DNA of 63,016 bases, filler included, from Phoronis australis (GCA_002633005.1; 10 parts of 10 records of this genome joined end to end with filler, not necessarily neighbours in it), one strand, 5' to 3'. Numbered from the whole stretch's first letter, positions 11,101-24,758 are shown. Made by a program: numbers and translations. Notes: generated by a model not told the origin, from the letters alone.

Positions 11101-14100
11101 ACCTTAACTTCAAATGTTTCAATATTTGTCCTTCTGTAACTCTGTTAATTGTTAAGAGCGTCCCTCACTTGGTCTCTTCCTGCAACACCTCATATAGGTA
11201 TACTACGTCCACATAAATTGTTTCAAGGTACTCTGCTGGCAGCCTCCGATGAAGTGAGTGGCGTCCCTACCTAGAGCAGCTAACCCAATTCCCTCCACCT
11301 TCACCACACCCACCACCTCACCATTACCACCATCATGTCCCCTTCCCCTAACACCATTCTACCCCCACCAGAGCCACTCCACTACCACCAAAAACTCACT
11401 GCGACCAGTTTTGAAATGCTCTTAGTTAATTATGCTTACCCTTGCTCTCGGAGTAGACAGATATCCTAGCTCAGTTAGCCCTGTCTGTTGAAGATATTTT
11501 CAAAAGTAAACTGAAAGCCAGTCCTGTTTCACGTAACACCTCGATTGCTTGTTCAAACAATATATCTAAAATTCATTTCTTTCAATGTTTGGCTTTGTGT
11601 AATTTCTGTTTTCCATGTCTTATTCGAGTATGTGCAGATCAATAGAAAGTTGACATTCAATACGTCTGAAGTTCTCTTTTGCTGGACTAACTAAACCGTT
11701 GCATTTTCACCGCTTTGCTAATCACAACATTCACTTGGGCTCCCTTCCAACGCCAACGCTTAGTATAGACCTATCATAACCACCTGTTCTTTTCTCAGGT
11801 ACTCCACTGGCAGCCTCCAGTGAAAGGGAGTAGCGACCCTTCCTAGAGGAGCTGACACCGTTCCCTTAAAATTACATGAAACTCGTCCACCTCCTTCGTA
11901 TCTACCACGCCACCATTATGTCCTCACCCGTAGCACCACCATCTCTATTCCCACCACTGCCATCCCACCAATTCCTGAACTATGTTGTGAGAGTGAGATG
12001 ATTCAGCAAATGCAAGAACACAACTAATACCCAAAACACCACCAACACCCTGAGTAGCACCATTGGCTTCACCACAATTTCCACCTCAAATCTCCTCACT
12101 AGCCCCCATCACCCACAACCACATAATCAGGCCATCCCACCAGCATCGAGGCGTTTTTGTGAAAGAAGAGCATCTTGGTAAGCACCCAAAACAACACCAT
12201 CGCCATATTAACCTTTTCCATGATCACCAACATTACAATCATCATTGCCACTCAAACCACACTATTTTTATATTCGCAAGTCTTCTTCATTTAACCCTAC
12301 CACTACCCTCATCAGAACCTCTCCATTACCACCAAAACCTCACCACAACCACCTTTGACACAATCCAAGTCCTAGTTCATTGTGATCCCCCTTGCCTATC
12401 CGCGTAGACAGATATCCTAGCTCAGTTATCCCTATCTGTTGCAGATATTTTCAAAAGTTAAATGAAAACCACCCTGTTTAATGTAATATCTCGATTGTTT
12501 GTTCAAACAGTAAATCTAAAATATTTAATGTTTCAATGTTTGGTTTTCTGTATTTTCTGTTTTCCACATCTTTATTCGAGTAAGTGCAGATCAATAGAAA
12601 ATTGACATTCAATAGTCTGACGTTCTCTTTTGCTGGTCTAACTAGACCGTTGCATTTGCACCGCTTTGCTAAGAACGTCATTGACTTGGGCTCTCCTTCC
12701 AACGCCAACGCTTAGTACACTAATATCATTACCACCAATTCTATTTTCAGGCACTCCACTGGCAGCCTCCAGTGAAAGGGAGTAGCGACCCTTCCTAGAG
12801 GAGCTGACACTGTTGCCTTAAAATTACATGAAACTCGTCCACCTCCTTCATATGTACCACGCCACCATCACGTCCTCCCCCTTAGCACCACCACCTCTAT
12901 TCCCACCACTGCCACCCCACCCATTGCTGAACTAAGTTGTGAGAGTGAGATGATTCAGCAAAAGCCAGAACACAGCCAATGCCCAAAACACCACCAATGC
13001 CCACATTGGCTTCACCACTATTTCCACCACGAATCTCCTCACTACCTCCCCATCGCACACAACCACATAATCAGGACCATCACACCACCATCGAGGCGTT
13101 TTTGTGAAAGAAGACAACTTGGTAAGCACCCAAAACACCACCATCGCCATCTTAACCTTTTCCATGATCACCATAACTACAATCATCATTGCCACTCAAA
13201 CCACACTATTTTTATATTCACATGTCTTCTTCCCTTAACCCTACCACTACACCCATCAGAACCACTCCACTACCACCAAATCCTCACCACAACCACTTTT
13301 GACACAATCCAAGTCCACGGCATTTCTCCTTGCTTATTTGTTTAGACAGATATCCTAGCTCGGTTAGCCCTGTCTGTTGAAGATATCAGTTAATCAAGAA
13401 GCCTTCAAAAGTAAAATGCAAGACAGCCTCGCTTAACGAAATATCTTGACTACTTGTTCAAAGAGTAAACCTTAACTTCAAATATTCAGTATTTGATCTT
13501 CTGTATTTTTTTTAATTGCTAAGCGCGGCCCTCACTTGGTCTCTTATGGCAACACCTCATATAGAGGAGCTAACCCAATTCCCTCCACCTTCAACACACC
13601 CACCACCTCACTATCGCCAAAATCATGTCCCCTTCCCGTAACTCCACCTACCCCCACCAGAACCACTCCACTACCACCAAAACCTCACCACAACCACTTT
13701 CGACATAGTCCTAGTTCATTGCACTTCGATTTGCTTATCTGATTAGACAAATATCCTAGCTCGTTTAGCCCTGACTTTTGAAGATATCAGTTAATCATGA
13801 GGCCTTCAAAAGCAAAATGCAAGGAAAGCCGTGTAACAAAATATCTCGACTACTTGTTTAAAAAGTAAACCTTAACTTCAAATGTTTCAATATTTGTCCA
13901 TCTGTAATTTTGTTAATTGCTACGCGCGTCCCTCACTTGGTCTCTTCCTGCGACACCTGATAGAGGTATACCACGACCACATAAATTGTTTCAAGGTACT
14001 CTGCTGGCAGCCTCCAGTGAAGGGAGTGGCTACCCTACCTAGAGAAGCTGACCCAATTCCCTCCACCTTCCCCACACCAACAACCTCACCATCCCCACCA

Positions 14101-17100
14101 TCATGTCCCCTTCCCGTAACACCATCCTACTCCCACCGGGACCACTCCACTACCACCAAAACCTCACCCCGACCACTTTTAACATGATCACAGTTCATTG
14201 TGCTTCCCCCTGCTTATCTGAGTAGACAGATATTCTAGCTCAGTTATCCCTATCTGTTGAAGATATTCTCAAAAGTAAAATGAAAGCCATCCTGTTTAAG
14301 GTAATATCTCGATTGCTTGTTCAAACAGTAAATCTAAAATTTAAATGTTTCAATGTTTGGTCTTCTATATTTTCTGTTTTCCACATCTTTTTTGGAGTAA
14401 GTGCATATCAATAGAAAATTGACATTCAATAGTCTGATGTTCTCTTTTGCTGGTCTAACTAGTCCGTTTCATTTGCACCGCTTTGCTAAGTACGTCGTTG
14501 ACTTGATCTCTCCTTGCAACGCCAACGCTTAGTATAGACCTATCATTACCACCAATTCTATTTTCAGGCACTCCACTGGCAGCCTCCAGTGAAAGGGAGT
14601 AGCGACCCTTCCTAGAGGAGCTGAGACTGTTCCCTTAACATTACATGAAACTCGTCCACCTCCTTAATATCTACCACGCCACCATCATGTCCTCCCCCGT
14701 AGCACCACCACCTCTATTCCCACCACTGCCATCTCACCAATACCTGAACTATGTTGTGAGAGTGAGGTGATTCAGCAAAAGCCAGAACACAACCAATGCC
14801 CAAAACACCACCAATTCCCACATTGGCGTCACCACCATTTCCACCACGAATCTCCTCACTACCTCCCGATCACACACAACCATATAATGAGGACCACCCC
14901 ACCACCATCGAGGCGTATATGTAAAAGAGGAACAACTTGGCAAGCACCAAAAACACCACCATCTACACATCCACCTTTTCCATGATCACCATGACTACAA
15001 TCATCATTGCCACTCCAACCACACTATTTTTATATTCACATGTCTTCTTCCCTTAACCCTACAACTACCCCCACCAGAACCACTCCACTACCACCAAAAC
15101 CTCACCAACATCAAATATTTCAATATTTGTCCTTCTTTAATTTTGTTAATTGCTAAACGCGTCCTTCAGTTTGTCTCTTCCTGCAACTTCTCTTATAGGT
15201 TTACGGCGACTACATAAATTGCTTCAACATACTCTGCTGGCATCCTCCAGTGAAGGGAGTGGCGACCCTATCTAGAGTAGCTAACCCAATTCCCTCCACC
15301 TTCCCCACCCCCACCACCATCATGTCCTCTTCCCGTAACACCATCCTACCCTACCGCAACCACTCCACTAACACCAAAAGATCACCGCGACCACTTTTGA
15401 CATGATCCTAGTTCATTGGGATTGTCCTTGCTTATCAGAGTAGACAGTTGTCCTAGCTCAGTTAACCCTATCTGTTGAAGATATTTTCAAAAGTAAAATG
15501 AAAGCCAGTCCTGTTTATCGCAACATATCCATTGCTTGTTCAAACTGTAAATCTAAAGTTTAAATGTTTCAATATTTGGCTTCCAGTAATTTCTGTTTTC
15601 CACATCTTTTTTCGAGTAAGTGCGGATCAATAGAAAGGTGACACTCATTACGTCTGAAGTTCTCTTTTGCTGATCTAACTAGTCCGTTTCATTTTCAACG
15701 CTTTTCTAAACACGTCATTCCCTTGGCTTTTCCTTCCAAGCCCAAAGCTTAGTATAGACCTAACGTAACCACCTATTTTATTTTCAGGCACTCCACTGGC
15801 AGCCTCCAGTGAAAGGGAGTAGCGACCCTTCTTAGAGGAGCTGACATCATTCCCTGCAAATTATCTGGAACACGTCCACCTTCCTCACATCCACCACGTC
15901 ATCATCATGTCCCCCCTAGCACCACCACCACCACCACTACCCTCACTAGTTCCACCCGACAATTTCCTAAACTAAGTTGTGAGGGTGAAGGGATTCAGCA
16001 AATGCCAGAGCACTACCAATGCACAAAACACCACTAATGCCCAGAGTACTGCCATTGGGGTCACCACCATTTTCAAAAGCAATATCCTCATTCCCCCTAA
16101 CCCCCCAGACACAACTACCTCATCACGACCATTCCACCACCACCAAAACGTTTTTGTGAAAGTGGAAGAACTTGGCAATCTCCGGAAACACCCCATAGCC
16201 ATCCTCACGACCACCATAACTACAGTCACGATTGCTATTCAAACAACACTATTTTTATATTCATATGTTCTCTTCCCGTAACTCCATCACTTCTACCGCC
16301 GAAACCACTCCACTACCACCAAAACCTCACCAAAACCACTTTTGACACAATCCAAGTCCACGGCATTTCTCCTTGCTTATCTGATTAGACAGATATCCTA
16401 GCTCGGTTAGCCCTGTCTGTTGAAGATATCAGTTAATCAAGAAGCATTCAAAAGTAAAATGCAAGACAGACTCGTTTAACGAAATATCTTGACTACTTGT
16501 TCAAAGAGTAAAACTAACTTCAAATATTTCAATATTTGTCTTTCTGTAATTTTGTTAATTACTAAGCGCAACGTTCACTTGTATCTTCCTGCGACACCTG
16601 ATATAGTTCTACCGCGACCATATAAATTGTTTGAAGGTACTCTGCTGGCAGCCTCCAGTGAAGGGAGTGGCGACCCTACCTAGAGGAGCTAACACCACTC
16701 CCTCCACCTTCACCACACCCACCACTTCACCATCATATCCCCTTCCCGTAATACCATCCTACCCCCGCCGGAACCAGTCCAATACCACCAAAACCTCACC
16801 CCGACCACTTTTGACATGATCCCAATATGCTTCCCCTTGCTTCTCCGAGTAGAGAGAAATCCTGGCTCAATTATTCCTATCTGTTGAAGAGATTTTAAAA
16901 AGTAAAATGAAAGCCATCCTGTTTGAGGTAATATCTCGATTGCTTGTTCAAAAAGTAAATCTAAAATTTAAATGTTTCAATGTTTGGCACTCTGTATTTT
17001 CTGTTTTCCACATCTTTTTTGGAGAAAGTGCAGATCAATAGAAAATTGACATTAAATAGTCTGACGTTCTCTTTTGCTGGTCTAACTACACCGTTTCACT

Positions 17101-20100
17101 TGCACCGCTTCGCTAAGTTCGTCATTGACATGGTCTTTCCTTCCAACGTCAACGCTTAGTATAGACCTATCAAAACCACTTATTCTATTCCCAGGTACTC
17201 CACTGGCAGCCTCCAGTGAAAGGGAGTAGCGACCCTTCCTAGAGGAGCTGACCCCGTTCCCTTAAAATTACATGAAACTCGTCCACCTCGTTCGTATCCA
17301 CCACGCCACCGTCATGTCCTCACCCGTAGCACCACCACCTCTATTCCCACCACTGCCACCCCACCAATTGCTGAACTAAGTTGTGAGAGTGAGGTGATTC
17401 AGCAAAAGGCAGAACACAGGCAAGCCCAAAACACCACCAATGCCCACAGTGGCTTCACCACTATTTCCACCACGAATCTCCTCACTACCTCACCATCACA
17501 CACAACCACATAATCAGGACCATCCCATCACCATCGAGGACTTTTTGTGATAGAGGAACAACTTGGCAAGCACCCAAAACACCGCCATCACCATATTCAC
17601 CTTTTCTATGATCACCATAACTACAATCACCATTGCCACTCCAACCACTCTACTTATACATTCACATGTCTTCTTCCCTTAACCCTACCACTACCCCTAC
17701 CAGAACCACTCCTCTACCCCCAAAACCTCACCACAACCATTTTTGACACAATCCAAGTCCACTGCATTTCTCCTTGCTTATCTGATTAGACAGATATCCT
17801 AGCTCGGTTAGCCCTGTCTGTTGAAGATATCAGTTAATCAAGAACCCTTCAAAAGTAAAATGCAAGACAGCCTCGTTTAACGAAATATCTTGACTACTTG
17901 TTGAAAGAGTAAAGCTAACTTCAAATATTTCAATATTTGTCCTTCTGTAATTTTGTTAATCACTAAGCGCAACGCTCACTTGTCTCGTCCTGCGACACCT
18001 GATATAAGTCTAAGGCGACCATATGAATTGTTTGAAGGTACTCTGCTGGCAGCCTCCAGTGAATGGATTGGCGACCCTACCTAGAGGAGCTAACCCCACT
18101 CCCTCCACCTTCCCCACACCCACTTCCTCAACATCAGCACCATCATATCCCCTGCCCGTAACACTATCCTACCCCCGCTGGAACCAGTCCACTACCACCA
18201 AAACCTCACCGCGACCACTTTTGACATGATCCTAATTCATTATGCTTACCCTCGCTTATCCGAGTAGACAGATAACCTGGCTCAATTATTCCTGTCTGTC
18301 GAAGACATTTTCAAAAGTATAATGAAAGCCAGTCCTGTTTCACGTAACATCTCGATTGCTTGTTCAAACACTAAATCTAAAATTTAATTCTTTCAATGTT
18401 TGGCTTTCTGTAACTTCTGATTTCAATATCTTTTTCGAGTAAGTGCAGATCAATCGAAATTTGACATTCAATACGTCTGAAGTTCTCTTTTGCTGGAATA
18501 ACTAGACCGTTGCATTTGCACCGCTTTGCTAAGCACAACATTCACTTGGGCTCCCTTCCAACGCCAACGCTTAGTATAGACCTATCATAACCAACTATTC
18601 TATTCTCAGGTACTCCACTGGCAGCCTCCAGTGAAAGGGAGTAGCGACCCTTCCTAGAGGAGCTGACACTGTTCCCTTAAAATTACATGAAACTCGTCCA
18701 CCTTCATCATATCGGCCACGCCACCATCATGTCCTCCCCAGTAGCCCCACCACCTCTATTCCCACCACTGCCATCCCACCAATACCTGAACTAAGTTGTG
18801 AGAGTGAGGTGGTTCACATGTCCTCTTCCCGTAAATCCATCACTACCCCCAACAGAACAACTCCACTACCATCAAAACCTCACCACATCCACTTTTGACA
18901 CAATTAAAGTCCACGGCATTTCTCCTTGCTTATCTGATTAGACAGATATCCTAGCTCGGTTAGCCCTGTCTGTTGAAGATATCAGTTAATGAAGAAGCCT
19001 TCAAAAGCAAAATGCAAGACAGCCTCTCTTAACGAAATATCTCGACTACTTGTTCAAAGAGTAATGCTTAACTTCAAATATTTCAGTATTGGTCCTTCTG
19101 TAATTTTGGTTATTGCTAAGCGCGTCCCTCACGTAGTCTCTTCCTGCCACACCTCATATAGGTCTACCGCGACGATATAAATTGTTTCAAGGTACACGGC
19201 TGGCAGTCTTGAGTGAACGGAGTGGTGACCCTACCTAGAGAAGCTAACCCAATTCCCTCCACCTTCATCACACCCACCACCTCACCATCACCACCATCAT
19301 GACTCCTTCCCGTAACACCATCCTAACCCCACCGGAACCACTCCACTACCACCAAAATCTCACAGCGACCACTTTTGACATGATCCTAGTTCCATGTGCT
19401 TCCCCTTGCTTATCCGAGTAGACAGATATCCTGGCTCAATTATCCCTATCTGTTGAGGATATTTTCAAAAGTAAAATGAAAGCCAGTCATAATTAACGTA
19501 ACGTCTCGATTGCTAGTTCAAATAGTAAATCTAAAATTTAAAAGTTTCAATGATTGGCTTTCTGTAAATACTATATTACACATCTTTTTTGATTGAGTGC
19601 ACATCAATAGAAAATAGACATTCAAAACGTTAAAAGTTCCCTTTTGCTGGTCTAACTAGATTATTTCCTTTTCAAAGCTTTGCTAAGCACGTCATTCACT
19701 TGGGCTCTCATTCCATCGCCAACGCTTAGTATGGACCTAAAATAAGAACCTATTCTATTTTCAGGTACTCCACTGGCACCCTCCAGTGAAAGGGAGTAGC
19801 GACCCTTCCTAGAGGAGCTGACACCGTTCCCTTAAAATTATACGGAACAAGTCCACCTTCCTAATATCCACCACGCCATCATCATGTCCTCCCCCGTAGC
19901 ACCACCTCCACTACCCTCACTACTTCCACCCGACCAGTTCTAAAATAAGTTGTGACTATGAATGGATTCTGGAAATACCACAGCCTCCAGTGAGGAGAGT
20001 AGCGACCCTACCTAGAGAAGATAACCCAATTCCCTCCACCTTCACCACACCCACCATCACCACCATCCTGTCCCCTTCCCGTAACACCATCCTACCCACA

Positions 20101-23100
20101 GCAGAACCACTCCACTACCACCAAAACCTCACCGCGTCCAGGTTCTGACATGATCCTAGTTCATTGTGCTTCCCTTGCTTATCCGAGTAGGTAGATATCC
20201 TAGCTCAGTTATCCCTGTCTGTTGCACATATTTTCAAAAGTAAAATAAAATAAAAGCCATGCTGTTTAAGGTAATATCTCGATTGCTTGTTGAAACAGGA
20301 AATTTAAATATTTCATTGTTTTGCTTTCTGTAATTTCTGTTTTCCACATTTTTTTTCGAGCGAATGCAAATCAATAGAAAATCGACATTCAATACGTTTG
20401 AAGTTCTATTTTGCTGGTTTAACTAGACCGTTTCCTTTTCAACGCTTTGCTAAGAACGTCATTCACTTAGGCTCTAACATTACCACCAATCCTATTTTCA
20501 GGTACTCCACTGGCAGCCTCCAGTGAAAGGGAGTAGCGACCCTTCCTAGAGGAGCTGACACCGTTCCCTTAACATTATATGGAACACGTCCGCCGTCCTC
20601 ACATCCACCACGCCATCATCATGTCCTCCCCCGTAGCACCACCACCACTACCATAACTACTTCCACCCGACCATTTCCTAAACTAAGTTGCGATGGTGAA
20701 GCGATTCAGAAAATGCCAGAGCGCAACCAATGCACAAAACACAACCAATGCCCAGAGTACCACAATTGGCGTCACCACCATTTCCAACACCCATGTCCTC
20801 AGTACGTCCCCCCAGACAAAACTACCTCTTCACGACCATTCGTTTTTGTGAAAGTGGAAGAACTTGGGAAACTCCAGTAACACCCCCATCGCCATCCCCA
20901 CGATCACCATAACTATAATCGCCATTGCCACTCCAACCACTTTACTTTTATATTCATATGTCTTCTTCCCTTAACCCCCACTACCACCAAAACCTCACCA
21001 CAACCACTTTCGACGTACTCCTAGTTCATTGCACTTCTCCTTTCTTATCTGATTAGACAGATATCCTAGCTCGGTTAGCCCTGTCTGTTGAAGATATCAG
21101 TTAATCAAGAAGCCTTCAAAAGTAAAATGCAAGGAAATCCATTTAACGAAACATGTAGACTACTTGCTCAAAGAGTAAAGTTTCAAATACTTTAATATTT
21201 GTGCTTCTGTAATTTTGTTAATTGCTAAGCGGTTCCTTCACTTGCTCTCTTCTTGTAACACCTTGTATAGGAATACCGCGACCACATAAATTGTTTCAAG
21301 GTACTCTGCTGGCAGCCTCCAGTGAAGGGAGTGGCGACCCTGCCTAGAGTAGCTAACACAATTCCCTCCACCTTCACCACACCCACCACCTCACCGTCAC
21401 CACCATCATGTCCCCTTCCCGTAACACCATCCTACCCCCACATCACTACCACCAAAACCTCACCGCCTTCACTTTTGACTTGATCCCAGTTCATTGCGGT
21501 TCCCCTTGCTTATCCGAGTAGACAGATATCCTGGCTCAGTTATTCCTATCTGTTGAAGATATTTTCAAAAGTAAAGTGAAAGCCAGTCCTGTTTAACGTA
21601 ACATCTCGATTGCTTGTTCAAACAGTAAATCTAAAATTTAAATTTTTCAATGTTTGGCTTTCTGTAATTTCTGTTTTCCACATCTTTTTTCGAGTGTGTG
21701 CAGATCAATAGAAAATTGACATTCAGTACGTCTGAAGTTCTCTTTTGCTGATCTAACTAGACCGTTTCCTTTTCAACGCTTTGTTATGCACGTCATTCCC
21801 TTGGCCTCCCTTCGTCCCCACCATTTCCTAAATGAAGTTGTTAGAGTGATGCGTTTCAGCAAATGGCAGAGCACAACCGATGCCCAGAGTACCACCATTG
21901 GCGTCAACACTATTTCCACCACCGATATAATCGCTAACTTTCTCCACAATCATCCACCCCACCAGGATGAACTCACCACCACCAAAGCGTATTGTTGGAG
22001 TGGAACAATTTGGCAAGCGCCGGAAAACATCACCATCACCACCTCCGCCTTTTCCACGATAACTTCTTTCTCAACCTCATCTCACAATTTTCATTCCATA
22101 TCAATTCACTCAAGTCATATTACATATTAGTTTACAAAAAAGACAAAGCTTGCACTGCACCGCAAAAAATTGCCTTCCACAATTTCTAGCTGAGCGCACA
22201 TACCCTTAGCCCCTCCTTCCAACACTGCGTATAGACCTGACATAACCACATATTCAAGTTTCAGGTACTCCACTGGCAGCGTCCAGTGAAAGGGAGTTGC
22301 GACCCTTCCTTGGGGAGCTGACACCGTAACACCACCACCTCTGTTCCCACCACTGCCACCCCTCCCAATTCCTAAACTACGTTGTGACGAGGTGATTCAG
22401 CAAAAGCCAGAACACAACCAATGCCCAAAACACCACCAATGCCCAAAGTACCACCACTGGCGTCACCATCATTTCCGCTACGAATCTCCTCACTACCTCC
22501 TCATCACATACAACCACATAATCAAAACCCTCCAACCACCATCGAGGCGTTTTTGTGAAAGAGGAACAACTTTTCAAGCACCCGAAACTCCACCATCTAC
22601 ACATCCACCTTTTCCATGATCACCATGACTACAGTCATCATTGCCACTCAAACCACACTACTTTTATATTCACATGTCTTCTTCCCTTAACTTCTCCACT
22701 ACCCCCACCAGAACAACTGCACTACCACCAAAACGTCACCCCTATCGCTGTCGACATACTCCTTGTTTATTACACTTCCTCTTGCTTATCTGATTAGACA
22801 GATATCCTAGCTCGGTTAGCCCTGTCTGTTCAAGATATCAGTTAATCAAGATGCCTTCAAATGTAAAATGCAGCATCGTTTAACGAAATATCTAGACAAC
22901 TCTTTCAAAGAGTAAACCTTAATTTGAAATGTTTCAATATTTGTCCTTCTGTAATTTTGTTAATTGCTAAGTTCCTCACTCACTTGGTCTCTCCCTACAA
23001 CACCTAATATAGGTCCACCGTGACCACATAATCTGTTTCAAGGTACTCTGCTGGCAGCCTCCAGTGAAGGGGGTGGCGACCCTGCCTAGAGGAGCTAACC

Positions 23101-24290
23101 CAGTTCCCTCCACCTTCACCACACCCACCACCTCACTATCATTTTCATCGTGTCCTTCTACCGTAACACCACCCTTCCCCCACCAGAACCAATCCGCTAC
23201 CATCAAACCTCGTCGCAACCACGTTAGACATAATGCAGGCCCGTTTAACGTAATATCTCGATTGCTTGTTGAAAGAGTAAACCTTAACTTCAAATGTTTC
23301 TGTGCTTGGCCTCCTGTAAATTTGTAATTGCTAAGCACTTCCTTCACTTGGTCTCTCCCTACAACTCCCCATTTAGTTCTACCGCAAACAAATAAACTGT
23401 TTAAAGGCACTCTGCTGGCAGCTTCCAGTGAAGGGAGTGTTGACCCTTCTTCGAGGACCTAACGCAATTCCCTTGAAGATATATTAGACAGCGCTTCCAC
23501 CTTCATCACATCCAACACCTCACCATCAACATCACCATGTCCCCTTCCCGTAGCATCACCCTACCCCCACCAGAACCACTCCACTACGACAAAAACCTCA
23601 CCACAACCACTTTCGACATACCCGTAGTTCATTGCACTTCCCTTGCTTGTCTGAAGACAGATATCCTTGCGCGGTTAGCTCTGTCTGTTGAAGATAACAG
23701 TTAATCATGAGGCCTGGTTCAAAAATAAAATACAAAACGTATCCGCTTTAACTGATATCTTGACAGTTTGTTCTAAGAGCGTTCTTTGCCGGTTAGCCCT
23801 GCCTTCGGTGGATACTGATGGGTCTAATAAGTTCAACCAGCTCACTTGGATGCTCTGGAGACAAACATTTCATTGTTTGGCTTTCTGTAATTCTAGGTTA
23901 ATCGCAGTTTTTAAAGATTTTAATTGATTAGAAGAATTGTTATACACTACGTCTCATGTTCCCTTTGCTGATGTATTTAGGTAGATACATTTGTATTGGC
24001 TTGCTTATCCCACCTCTCAGTTGCTTTCTCCCCCTCCAAAAGATATCTTCGTTACAGTTACATAGGCTTTAGGCGTGTTTCACTTCCGAATTTGACATCA
24101 TCCTTATTCACTGCACTTCCCTTTCCTAATCTGATGAGACAGGTATCATTTTTGAAAATATCTCTAATTCAATATGTCAGCTTCAAAAATGTAATGCAGT
24201 CCCGTTTTGCACGAGATCTCGATTGCTTGTTGAATGAGGAACCCTCGGTTAGCTTTGCCTTCGGCAGATCTCTTTTGATCTAATAATTTC
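8150..24290. repeat. ~16-kb higher-order tandem array of alternating L and H blocks (~1.4-kb dimer)
   Basis: Core A (GGTACTC[CA/TG]CTGGCAGCCTCCAGTGAA[A]GGGAGT[A/G]GCGACCCT[T/A]CCTAGAGGAGCT) about 24 times, including two partial copies. Core B (GACAGATATCCTAGCTC[A/G]GTTA[T/G]CCCT[A/G]TCTGTTGAAGATAT) about 21 times. L-to-H spacing 520-579 bp in eight units. Confidence 0.95.
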
Positions 24291-24377
24291 AACCAAACTC
24301 TTCCCTATTAGACAATGTGTTCATTCTGTCCTACAGTACCCGCACGGTACAACATGGGCTGATCATGATAGCTTTTT

Positions 24378-24758
24378 CATTTTGAAATTACTAACTGTAC
24401 TTTGTTATTAGTTGTCAGCAGTTTTAATATCATTCATTTTGTGCTTGGAACGATTAGGTATGCTTAGATAATTTACCATTCAGTAGACTTTTCCTGCAAA
24501 TTGGCGTTGGTTGCACTTGTGCACTGAAGCGCATACAAAGCCTGATATTTAAAAATGACTGAAATACACATTTTGAAATTACTAACTGTACTTTGTTGTT
24601 AGTTGTCAGCAGTTTTAATATCATTCATTTTGTGCTTGGAACGAATAGGTATGCTTAGATAATTTACCATTCAGTAGACTTTTCCGGCAAATTGGCGTTG
24701 GTTGGACTTGTGCACTGAAGCGCATACAAAGCCTGATATTTAAAAATGACTGAAATAC
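24378..24758. repeat. 191-bp tandem duplication
   Basis: Copies at 24378-24567 and 24569-24758 differ by only a few substitutions. Confidence 0.92.

Noticed and set aside
12750-13400. His-rich selenoprotein (in-frame TGA, with core B as SECIS)
   Set aside because: Core B lacks the AUGA...AA...GA SECIS arrangement; the downstream frame is not conserved between copies and L/H differ by a 1-nt indel right after the TGA.
8443-23470. CRISPR-like array (conserved hairpin repeats)
   Set aside because: Inter-core sequences are hundreds of bp and homologous to each other, not unique 30-40-bp spacers; eukaryotic context, no cas genes.
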